Notes under the pieces: model-generated
Database searches by the model: none
What the model was told of the DNA's origin: nothing
Seen by the model: only the letters and a program-made list of their open reading frames with translations
Shown here: positions 1 to 7,686 of the stretch, piece after piece
How the letters are laid out: each line of letters opens with the position of its first letter
Numbering within the stretch: the stretch's first letter is position 1
Origin: an uncultured Eubacteriales bacterium
GTDB taxonomy: Bacteria; Bacillota; Clostridia; Lachnospirales; Lachnospiraceae
NCBI GenBank assembly: GCA_902783795.1
Contig: CACZSO010000363.1
Span: 1 to 27,975 of the forward strand
Length of the DNA: 27,975 bases
Direction of reading: 5' to 3'
Translations under genes and position numbers: made by a program

Positions 1-131
1 GTATATTTTCTGCTGCACTTTCCTTAGAGTCGCCTCCACCTGACGTTATCAGGCATCCTGCCCTGTGAAGCCCGGACTTTCCTCACCCGGAAGATCCGAA
101 GATCTCCGGCCGCGATCATTCATCCGACTCA
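1..131 (-). ncRNA. rnpB: RNase P RNA, 5' portion (probably type A), truncated by the window edge
   Basis: Minus strand reads GAGTCGGATGAATGATCGCGG-CCGGAGATC-TTCG-GATCTTCCGG-GTGAGGAAAGTCCGGGCTTCACAGGGCAGGATGCCTGATAACGTCAGG...AAGGAAAGTGCAGCAGAAAATATAC. It contains the universal GAGGAAAGTCC motif, a UUCG-capped P3-like hairpin and the conserved AGTGC..CAGAAA segment. Confidence 0.95.
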
Positions 132-139
132 GCATCGTA

Positions 140-168
140 AATTTATCACGTTTTCACTCATATGTCAA
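140..168 (-). promoter_or_regulatory. sigma70/sigA-type promoter of rnpB
   Basis: Minus strand TTGACA (168-163), 17-bp spacer, TGa-TAAATT (extended -10, 145-140), just upstream of the predicted rnpB 5' end. Confidence 0.7.
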
Positions 169-178
169 ATACAACACC

Positions 179-868
179 TTACATGAAGATAAGAGATTTC
201 AGTTCTTCTATGCAGGCTTCCGTCTCGGAAAACGCCTTCTGGATCCGTTCGGTTTTTTCTTCCTGGTCCAGCTTTTTCCTGATGATCTCCGCTTTTTTCA
301 GCTCTTTTTTCAGATACTCAAGGAAGATGTCCGGTCGTTTTTTTATAAGCACCGGGCCGTATTTAAGTTCCGTATCAGACATCTTCTTATCTTCCCCTTT
401 GGCTGCCCGGATGACCACATAATATTTGCCCTTATCTCTCACCATCGCTTCTTCTTCTATATGGAAGCCCAGGTCTTCCGCGGCTTTCCTTACCAATGCT
501 GTTTCTGTATGGGGAGACAGGACCAGATACCGGCAGGCTTTCAGCTTATCCCGGCCATTTTCCAGGATCTGTGTGATCAGGGCACCGCCCATGCCGGCGA
601 TCAGGATCTCATCAGCTTCCTCACTGTCAAGCACGGACAGGCCATCCCCCAGACGCACCTGGATCCTATCTTCCAGTTTATGTCCGGCGATATGACCCCG
701 GGCTATAAGAAGGGGGCCCTCCCGCACATCGGAAGCTATAGCGGTCTTTACCTTTTCTTCCTTTGCACAGATAATGGGGATGAAAGCGTGATCTGTCCCG
801 ATATCAGCCAGGCACCGGCAGGGAAGGATCATGTCTTTAATTGTAAGAAGCCGCTTCGATAGCTGCAA
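179..868 (-). CDS. trmK: tRNA (adenine(22)-N1)-methyltransferase
   Basis: MQLSKRL...LADIGTDHAFIPI...IASDVREGPL...VRLGDGL...IAGMGGALI are TrmK family motifs. The likely start is TTG at 868 after GAAAGGAAG; the ORF track start at 898 lacks an obvious SD. Confidence 0.92.
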   Translation of the reverse strand: MQLSKRLLTIKDMILPCRCLADIGTDHAFIPIICAKEEKVKTAIASDVREGPLLIARGHIAGHKLEDRIQVRLGDGLSVLDSEEADEILIAGMGGALITQILENGRDKLKACRYLVLSPHTETALVRKAAEDLGFHIEEEAMVRDKGKYYVVIRAAKGEDKKMSDTELKYGPVLIKKRPDIFLEYLKKELKKAEIIRKKLDQEEKTERIQKAFSETEACIEELKSLIFM

Positions 869-932
869 AACTGCCTTCCTTTCCGGTATCCAGGTCACTT
901 TTATATTAATAACCGAACTGTCTCATAAAAAG

Positions 933-2702
933 TTACGAAAGGAAATCCGGCCGGATATCCGCCAGTTCTTTCTTTTCTCTCAGAAGCTCCATAAGTTCAT
1001 TCGGATCTGTACAGACATTGATCTTTCTGTCCAGGCTCTGGTTCCTGACCCTAAGGACAGCTTCCTTAAGGGCCTGGGCGTGTTCTTCTTCAGACAATGT
1101 ATCTGCGTAGGAGGAAGCAAACAGCTCCGACACTTCCCGGTACTGATCCGTATCGATAAAGTGATCCAGGACTTTGGCCGGATCCGGTTTTCCAGCTTCC
1201 AGCTGTTTGAACACGATATCGGCAGTCTCACGGCCCAGTCCTTCTGAAAAGTCATCAGAAGCCAGGATTTTGCTGATCTTGGCAAAGAGGGCCGGGTCAG
1301 TGCAGATATCCGTCAGGATCAGTTTTTCTGCCTCTTTCAGCCCATATTCAGCGGATCTCAGCTTTTTCACGCTGCTCTTCGGCCGGGTATTCTCTTCCGC
1401 CGCCGTCCTTAACGGTCCCTGGTTTCCGATAATGGAGATCTGCTCCTTTAGTACATTGTAGGAGATGCCATATAAGGAGGACACCGCCTCAGCATAGGTA
1501 TTTCTTTCGATCTCATTAGAGAACCCGGCGATCCGTCTGGCCGTTTCATTGAAGAATGCGGCCTTATCTTCCGGATCCGAAAAATCATAATCTTTTTTAA
1601 GCACCCGGATCTCAAACAGGAAGGAGTTCTCTGCCTTTTCGATGCGTTTCCGGTATTCTTCCGGCCCCAGCGCCCTTAAAAATTCATCCGGATCCTTATG
1701 GGGCGACATATTCAGCACCCGGATCTTAAGTCCTGCTTCTTTCAGCACCGGGATAGCCCGGATGGCCGCCTTCTGCCCGGCATCATCCGAATCAAAGGTC
1801 AATATCACTTCATCGGTATAACGCTTCAGCAACATGCCGTGCTGGGAAGTAAACGCTGTTCCTAAGGAGGCCACAGCATTCGTGAATCCATACTGGTGCA
1901 GGGTGATCACATCCATGTAGCCCTCGCAGACCAGCATATACTTTTCACGGCTGCGTCTGGCTGCGTTCAGTCCGTACAGGTTCCGGGATTTATCAAAGAT
2001 CCGGGTCTCCGGAGAATTTAAGTACTTCGGCTCACCGCTCCCCATGACCCGGCCGCCGAAGCCTATGACCCGGCTGTTGGCGTCCATGATAGGGAACATG
2101 ACCCGGTTCCAGAACTTATCTGTCACCCCTTTTTCCCGGAAAGTCACCAGGCCGGATTCCCTTAAGATCTCATCGCTGTACCCTTTTTGTTTCAGATACC
2201 GGTACAAAGTATCCGGCCGGCTGCCGGCATATCCTAGACCGAAGGAACGGATCATCTCATCACTGATGCCCCGCTTTCTTAAATAAGCAAGACCCGGGGC
2301 GCCTTCCGGCCTTTTCAGGGAATGGACGTAAAAGACCGCCGCATCCTTATGCATGGTCATAAGCTGGGTCCTGAGGTCCTTTTCTTTCTGTCTTTCCGGG
2401 GTGTATTCTTCCTCCGGAAGGGCGATGCCTGCCCGGTCCGCCAATGTTTTGACTGCCTCCTGGAAGGTGTAATTCTCATACTCCATAATGAAGGTCAATA
2501 CATTGCCGCCGGCTCCGCAGCCGAAACAGTAATACATCTGCTTCGAGGGCGAGACTGAAAAGGAGGGGGATTTTTCATTGTGGAAAGGGCACAGGCCGAA
2601 ATAGTTGGCGCCTTTTTTCTGCAGCTGCACATACTGCCCGATGACGTCCACCACCGGGTTCGCTGCCCTTACCTGTTCTATAATTTCATCAGAATAATAC
2701 AT
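933..2702 (-). CDS. dnaG: DNA primase
   Basis: Zinc-binding CPFHNEKSPSF...CFGC, KYLNSPET, TOPRIM EGYMDV and FDSDDAGQKA motifs; SD AGGAG upstream. Confidence 0.98.
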   Translation of the reverse strand: MYYSDEIIEQVRAANPVVDVIGQYVQLQKKGANYFGLCPFHNEKSPSFSVSPSKQMYYCFGCGAGGNVLTFIMEYENYTFQEAVKTLADRAGIALPEEEYTPERQKEKDLRTQLMTMHKDAAVFYVHSLKRPEGAPGLAYLRKRGISDEMIRSFGLGYAGSRPDTLYRYLKQKGYSDEILRESGLVTFREKGVTDKFWNRVMFPIMDANSRVIGFGGRVMGSGEPKYLNSPETRIFDKSRNLYGLNAARRSREKYMLVCEGYMDVITLHQYGFTNAVASLGTAFTSQHGMLLKRYTDEVILTFDSDDAGQKAAIRAIPVLKEAGLKIRVLNMSPHKDPDEFLRALGPEEYRKRIEKAENSFLFEIRVLKKDYDFSDPEDKAAFFNETARRIAGFSNEIERNTYAEAVSSLYGISYNVLKEQISIIGNQGPLRTAAEENTRPKSSVKKLRSAEYGLKEAEKLILTDICTDPALFAKISKILASDDFSEGLGRETADIVFKQLEAGKPDPAKVLDHFIDTDQYREVSELFASSYADTLSEEEHAQALKEAVLRVRNQSLDRKINVCTDPNELMELLREKKELADIRPDFLS

Positions 2703-2712
2703 CCTGTCTCCT

Positions 2713-3714
2713 TCAGGGAACGAATATCTCTGTATACTTCTGCACCGCGTACTGGTCTGTCATGCCGGAAAGATAATCTGCTGTCACGATCTCTGCCGGA
2801 TCTGTCTTAAGCCGTTTGAGATATGAGGCCGGGATCAGTTCCGGATGCTTCATATAATAATGAAATAAGGCTTTCAGCACATGTGTCGCTTTTTCTTTTT
2901 CCTTTTCAACGCTTTCTGAATAATAGACATGGTCGAACATAAAGGATCTGAGGCCGTAGACTGCCTCAAAGACTTCGTCAGACATGCGGATATCCTTAAG
3001 GCCGCTGCTGTTCTCGATCACATCATGCACCATACGGTTCAGCCTCTCTTTCACGGTATGGCCCAGCACTTCCGTATATTCCGAAGGAAGATCCTCATCC
3101 TTCAGAACACCGGCGCGGATGGCATCGTCAATGTCATGATTTACATAGGCGATCTTATCTGACAGCCGGACCACCCTGCCCTCCAATGTAAAAGGCATAT
3201 TCTCCGTGCCGTGGTTCAGAATGCCGTCCACTGTCTCTTTTGTCAGATTCAGGCCCATACCTTCTTTTTCCAGGACCTGCACCACACGGACAGACTGTTT
3301 CGCATGCTGGAAACCTTCGAGCCCGCACTCCTTTAATAGATCATCCAGCGCGTTTTCCCCTGCATGACCATAGGGTGTATGGCCCAGGTCATGGCCCAGG
3401 GCGATAGCCTCTGTCAGGTCCTCATTCAAAAGCAGGGCCTTGGCTATGGTCCTGGCGATCTGGGACACTTCCAGGGTATGGGTGAGCCTGGTCCTGTAAT
3501 GATCATCTTCAGGTTTTAAGAAGACCTGAGTCTTATTTTTCAGTCTCCGGAAGGATTTAGAATGAAGGATCCTGTCCCTGTCACGCTGGAAGCAGGTCCG
3601 GACATCACAGGGTTCTTCTTCCCTGTCCCTTCCCAGGGATCTGTCCGAATGGGAAGCATAAGGACTTAAGTCCCGGTATTCTCTTTCCTCCATCATTTCG
3701 CGAATGGTACTCAT
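2713..3714 (-). CDS. dgt: Deoxyguanosinetriphosphate triphosphohydrolase-like HD-domain protein
   Basis: FQRDRDRILHSKSFRRLKNKTQVF, YRTRLTHTLEV, GHDLGHTPYGHAGE, DKIAYVNHDIDD, DYLSGMTDQYA; SD AGGAG. Confidence 0.93.
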   Translation of the reverse strand: MSTIREMMEEREYRDLSPYASHSDRSLGRDREEEPCDVRTCFQRDRDRILHSKSFRRLKNKTQVFLKPEDDHYRTRLTHTLEVSQIARTIAKALLLNEDLTEAIALGHDLGHTPYGHAGENALDDLLKECGLEGFQHAKQSVRVVQVLEKEGMGLNLTKETVDGILNHGTENMPFTLEGRVVRLSDKIAYVNHDIDDAIRAGVLKDEDLPSEYTEVLGHTVKERLNRMVHDVIENSSGLKDIRMSDEVFEAVYGLRSFMFDHVYYSESVEKEKEKATHVLKALFHYYMKHPELIPASYLKRLKTDPAEIVTADYLSGMTDQYAVQKYTEIFVP

Positions 3715-3759
3715 TTTCAGGTCTCCTAAAAAAACTGCAGTTTAAACCTTTACCTTTCT

Positions 3760-3765
3760 ATTATA
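3760..3765 (-). promoter_or_regulatory. Candidate -10 element for the dgt-dnaG-trmK transcript
   Basis: TATAAT on the minus strand about 45 nt upstream of the dgt start; no good -35 found. Confidence 0.4.
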
Positions 3766-3942
3766 CTTCAAAAGCCTCAGAAATGACACAGGAAATTATG
3801 AAATAAAAGTGAATTTCTTATGGCTTGACCTCTGAAAGCCTGAGAAAGGCTCTCAGCCTGGTCTGAAGCCTGCATCAAGGGATAGAGCTCGGTATGATTG
3901 GGCAGTTTTCACAATAAATTCATATTTATTCCCGATATTTTA

Positions 3943-3971
3943 TTGCTTTTCAGATAACATTGTGCTATGAT
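3943..3971 (+). promoter_or_regulatory. sigA-type promoter of hpf with extended -10
   Basis: TTGCTT (3943-3948), 17-bp spacer, TGc-TATGAT (3966-3971). Confidence 0.7.
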
Positions 3972-4022
3972 TTAAGCAGCCGGAGTATAGCTAAATAACT
4001 CCGGGGAAAAGGAGTGTGAACG

Positions 4023-4562
4023 ATGGAATATAAGATCACCGGAAAGAACATTGACGTAACAGATGATCTGAGAGCTTATGTTGAAAAAAGGTTTGCCAAG
4101 TTCAGCAAGTTCTTTAGTGACGACACGGAGATCCATGTGTCGCTCTCCAAGACCAAAAAAAATAAAAAAGTGGAAGTCACCATTCCCATGAAAGGCACCA
4201 CTATCCGCGCGGAAGAAACAAATACAGATATGTATACTGCCATTGACAACCTTCAGGAAGTCGTTGAGCGCCAGCTGAAGAAAAACCGTAAAAAACTTAT
4301 TGACCGTTATCAGAATGCGCCATCATTTTCATCTTTCTTTACCGAGGATCAAAGCGACTGGGATGTCGAGGAAGATGAAGCCATAAAGATCGTGAAGTCA
4401 AAGAAATTCGCGATCAAACCGATGGATCCGGAGGAAGCCTGCTTCCAGATGGATATGCTGGGACATAATTTCTATGTTTTCTATAATTCGGAAACAGACC
4501 TGGTAAGTGTGGTCTACCGAAGAAAAGACGGCTACTACGGACTCATCGAGCCTGAATATTGA
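4023..4562 (+). CDS. hpf: Ribosome hibernation promoting factor, long form (RaiA/HPF)
   Basis: ITGKNIDVTDDLRAYVEKRFAK...DMYTAID...LERQLKK-like N-terminal domain and C-terminal KKFAIKPMDPEEACFQMDMLGHNFYVF domain; SD AAGGAG. Confidence 0.95.
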   Translation: MEYKITGKNIDVTDDLRAYVEKRFAKFSKFFSDDTEIHVSLSKTKKNKKVEVTIPMKGTTIRAEETNTDMYTAIDNLQEVVERQLKKNRKKLIDRYQNAPSFSSFFTEDQSDWDVEEDEAIKIVKSKKFAIKPMDPEEACFQMDMLGHNFYVFYNSETDLVSVVYRRKDGYYGLIEPEY

Positions 4563-4590
4563 TCAGGCAGGAACAATATAATTTAAAAAG

Positions 4591-4619
4591 GCGGCGCCCC
4601 GGAGTTTCCGGGGCGCTGT
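4591..4619. terminator. Bidirectional intrinsic terminator between convergent hpf and DHHW genes
   Basis: GCGCCCCGGA-GTT-TCCGGGGCGC stem, with AAAAA on the left and TGTTCT on the right. Confidence 0.8.
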
Positions 4620-4629
4620 TCTGTCTGTT

Positions 4630-6156
4630 TTATTCACTTTTTGTGGTCCCTGCTTCTTCCAATGTTTCAGAAGCTTCCTGAAGCGCCGGAGGCTGGCAGA
4701 TGGACTTCATCACATTCATGGTATTCGTATCTGAAATAGCTTCCAGGTTATTGATGAAAATGATATCATCTATACCCTCTTCTTCTGCCAGGGCAATGAT
4801 GCTTTCCTTGTAGCCACGATAATCGATGACGATCACCTTATCATAATAATCCGCAAGGAAGGGTATAAAGGTATTGCCGAAGGATTCCTTCACCACCATA
4901 CAGGACCGGCCTGTTCCCAGCTCCGCATTTCTGATATACTCGATGGGACAGTCGCCGTAGATAAATGCCTGATACTTCTGGGTAGGCGCTACAGAAGAAA
5001 GGTCACGGACGATCTTTCCCTGCCTCCATCTGCCCTGAGAGGTATCATAGAACTCAAACTGGTTCGTAGTCAGGGGTTCATACGCATATACGGTATCCGG
5101 GTTGTTCTTAAGCTGCGAGTAACCATTGGAGGAATAATAGGACCCCAGGAAGTTCTCCATGACGATTTCCGTATATTCGCTGATCTCATGGGCTTCCCAG
5201 CCCTTTTCCTTCAGGAATTCCAAAAGCGTATAATAAGCGCCCAGCTGCGTCCAGTGATGGTCTGTCTTAAAATACAGATATTCTGTATTATGACTGATCA
5301 AAGCATCCAGGATGGGGATGCAGACCACCTTATCATCCAGGGACATGATATAATTATAAAAGTACTTGATAGCCTTATCCTCATTGGAAAGACGCCATTC
5401 TTTTTTTGTCCCTTCATCTAAAAGAACTGCAGAGTTATTCGGGATCAGGATGTCGTAGACCTGGGTGTCCGGAAGCAGTTTCTGTGTCTCTGCCACAGTC
5501 TCACTGTAGATATTAGCGGCTTTCAGGTTAAAGCCATAAACACAGTAGCCCACCATATCCTTCAGATTAACATTGCCGGCTTCCTGAGGATTCATCCGGT
5601 AAAGCTCATCGCCGTCCACATATTCTGTGGTACGAGGCTCTTTCGTAGTCTCAGCTGTCTCTGAAGATCCTTCATCAGTGGAAACGCTCTCCGTCACATC
5701 GGTTGAGATTTCAGACGATGGGGTCTCCGCCGATGCTGTTTCCTTCGTCTGAGATGGCTCCGCATTATCCGGGACTGAGGCTTCATCCGGTGTTGAAGGC
5801 GCTGACGGGAAGTCAGGGATATCGTCACCTTCCGCCATATTTTCCACGGCGTCCGCATTCAGGCCGTATAAAGTCTTTACTGACCGGTCAGCCATGATCA
5901 GAGTATCACGGTAGGGGAACGTATCTGAATACCAGGTGCTGATGCCGTCTGTATAGCCTCCCTCGATCAGTGAATCCCAGGAAAATTTCGGGAACTTCTC
6001 CAGATCCCGCTTTTCATATTCGGATACAGCAGGCCGGAACGGCAGCATAAAACCCAGGATGCAGCCCGTGATCATGACAGCAGCAAACAGCATACAAGTA
6101 ATGACCTTGTACGTCCGGTTCTTCTCTTCTGTTTTATTTCCGTTGTAATTATCCAT
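4630..6156 (-). CDS. DHHW-family membrane-anchored O-acetyltransferase (AlgJ/AlgX/PatB1-like SGNH-type)
   Basis: N-terminal TM helix, EKRDLEKFP motif, S/T/E-rich linker, LYFKTDHHWTQLGAY, VVKESFGNTFIPFL and VIDYR; lies 10 nt downstream of the MBOAT gene. Confidence 0.85.
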   Translation of the reverse strand: MDNYNGNKTEEKNRTYKVITCMLFAAVMITGCILGFMLPFRPAVSEYEKRDLEKFPKFSWDSLIEGGYTDGISTWYSDTFPYRDTLIMADRSVKTLYGLNADAVENMAEGDDIPDFPSAPSTPDEASVPDNAEPSQTKETASAETPSSEISTDVTESVSTDEGSSETAETTKEPRTTEYVDGDELYRMNPQEAGNVNLKDMVGYCVYGFNLKAANIYSETVAETQKLLPDTQVYDILIPNNSAVLLDEGTKKEWRLSNEDKAIKYFYNYIMSLDDKVVCIPILDALISHNTEYLYFKTDHHWTQLGAYYTLLEFLKEKGWEAHEISEYTEIVMENFLGSYYSSNGYSQLKNNPDTVYAYEPLTTNQFEFYDTSQGRWRQGKIVRDLSSVAPTQKYQAFIYGDCPIEYIRNAELGTGRSCMVVKESFGNTFIPFLADYYDKVIVIDYRGYKESIIALAEEEGIDDIIFINNLEAISDTNTMNVMKSICQPPALQEASETLEEAGTTKSE

Positions 6157-6165
6157 AGGAACCTC

Positions 6166-7605
6166 TTAAAACCTGAAGTATAAAAACGGATTATAGCTGT
6201 TGCCTACCAGTGCAAGCACCGAAAGGATCACTAACAAAGCAGGGGTAAAGGCATCAATGATATTGACCATGTGCAGAAGGATGCCGTCATGTTTATCTGC
6301 CGCTTTATGCAAGACTGCCTCGATGACCTTCCCCAGGGGGAAGCAGGCGATGATAGCCAGCGCCAGGAAAAACACCTTATTTAAAAGCGCTGATTCTGTC
6401 TCGATGCCATACAGGGCATGGCCGGAGAAACACAGCCCCTTCACTGTTTCAAATACATTATTAATATCCGTAAAGCGGAACAGGACCCAGCCGAAATAGA
6501 CCACGATCAATGTATATACATGACCGATGATCCTCGTAAACAGGTTCTTTTCCAGCAGTTTCGAAAGGAACAGCCGTTCCAGGGTGAGGAAAATGAAAAA
6601 GTACAGACCCCAGAGAATGAAGTTCCAGGAAGCGCCATGCCACATACCCGTCAGGAACCAGACGATGAGCATATTGAAAATAGTCCTGCCGGTGCCTTTC
6701 CGGCTGCCGCCCAGGGGGATATAAACATAGTCACGGAAGAACGTAGACAGGGAAATATGCCACTTCCGCCAGAAACCCTGGACCGTATGGGCTGAATAAG
6801 GATAGTCAAAGTTTTCCAGATAATGGAAACCGACCATGCGTCCCATGCCGATGGCCATATCTGAGTAAGCAGAGAAGTCCAGATAGATCTGGAGCATATA
6901 AGCCAGCATACCCAGCCACATGGACAAAGAAGAAACATTGACCAATGCCCCGGCGGCTTCCGGCAGCAGTTTGTCGGCAATATCCGCGCATCCGTTAGCC
7001 AGGATGGCTTTCTTCGCAAGTCCTACCGAAAAACGGCGCACACCTTCTGTCACATCATTAAGGGTGATCTTCCTGTCTTCGATCTCCGCCGCCACTGTCT
7101 GATACCGGACGATGGGACCGGCAATACACTGATGGAACAGGGAGGCATACAGAAGCACCTTCCAGTAAGCCGGCTGGGCCTCCACGTCGCCGCGGTAGAC
7201 ATCGATCACATAAGAGATCAGCTGGAAGGTATAGAAAGAGATGCCGATGGGCAGGATGATCTGGGGCACCGTCTCCGGCCAGCCGGTAAAGAACCGGATA
7301 TTATCCAGGAAAAAGCCCAGGTATTTAAACACGCCAAGAAGGCTGAGCATGAAGACAAGCTCCACGATCAGCCATCTTTTTTTCATTTCAGGAAATGCTG
7401 TTTTGCCGATCCTCTTAGCGGTAAACCAGCTGACAAAAGCTTCCCCGACCAGAAGGATCACAAATTTCGGGCCGCCGAAAGCATAGAATATCAGCGAGAA
7501 AAATAACAGGATGATATTCCGGGCTTTCGTATTTCTTATCAGGAAGTAAAGTGCAAGCTGAGGAACCAGAAACGCAAACACAAACAGGAGACTGGAAAAA
7601 ACCAT
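6166..7605 (-). CDS. MBOAT-family O-acyltransferase (AlgI/PatA/DltB-like)
   Basis: MVFSSLLF, LPIGISFYTFQLISY, IAGPIVRY, YLDFSAYSDMAIG, ENFDYPY, FWRKWHISLSTFFRDYVYIPLGG, catalytic-His region TGMWHG, C-terminal NPFLYFRF. Confidence 0.95.
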   Translation of the reverse strand: MVFSSLLFVFAFLVPQLALYFLIRNTKARNIILLFFSLIFYAFGGPKFVILLVGEAFVSWFTAKRIGKTAFPEMKKRWLIVELVFMLSLLGVFKYLGFFLDNIRFFTGWPETVPQIILPIGISFYTFQLISYVIDVYRGDVEAQPAYWKVLLYASLFHQCIAGPIVRYQTVAAEIEDRKITLNDVTEGVRRFSVGLAKKAILANGCADIADKLLPEAAGALVNVSSLSMWLGMLAYMLQIYLDFSAYSDMAIGMGRMVGFHYLENFDYPYSAHTVQGFWRKWHISLSTFFRDYVYIPLGGSRKGTGRTIFNMLIVWFLTGMWHGASWNFILWGLYFFIFLTLERLFLSKLLEKNLFTRIIGHVYTLIVVYFGWVLFRFTDINNVFETVKGLCFSGHALYGIETESALLNKVFFLALAIIACFPLGKVIEAVLHKAADKHDGILLHMVNIIDAFTPALLVILSVLALVGNSYNPFLYFRF

Positions 7606-7632
7606 GTTGTTCCTCTGTAGTCGAATTATCGT

Positions 7633-7679
7633 AAAAATGATTCCCGGCGTTTCTTATGCTGCCAGCGAAGCGCCGGGAA
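7633..7679 (-). terminator. Intrinsic terminator/attenuator between the second NlpC/P60 gene and the MBOAT gene
   Basis: Perfect 9-bp inverted repeat TTCCCGGCG / CGCCGGGAA (7641-7649, 7671-7679) followed on the minus strand by TCATTTTT; long 21-nt loop. Confidence 0.6.
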
Positions 7680-7686
7680 AAGATCA

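Noticed and set aside
65-862. 265-aa plus-strand ORF (and 162..422, 426..695)
   Set aside because: Antisense shadows of trmK/rnpB with no recognisable motifs or SD.
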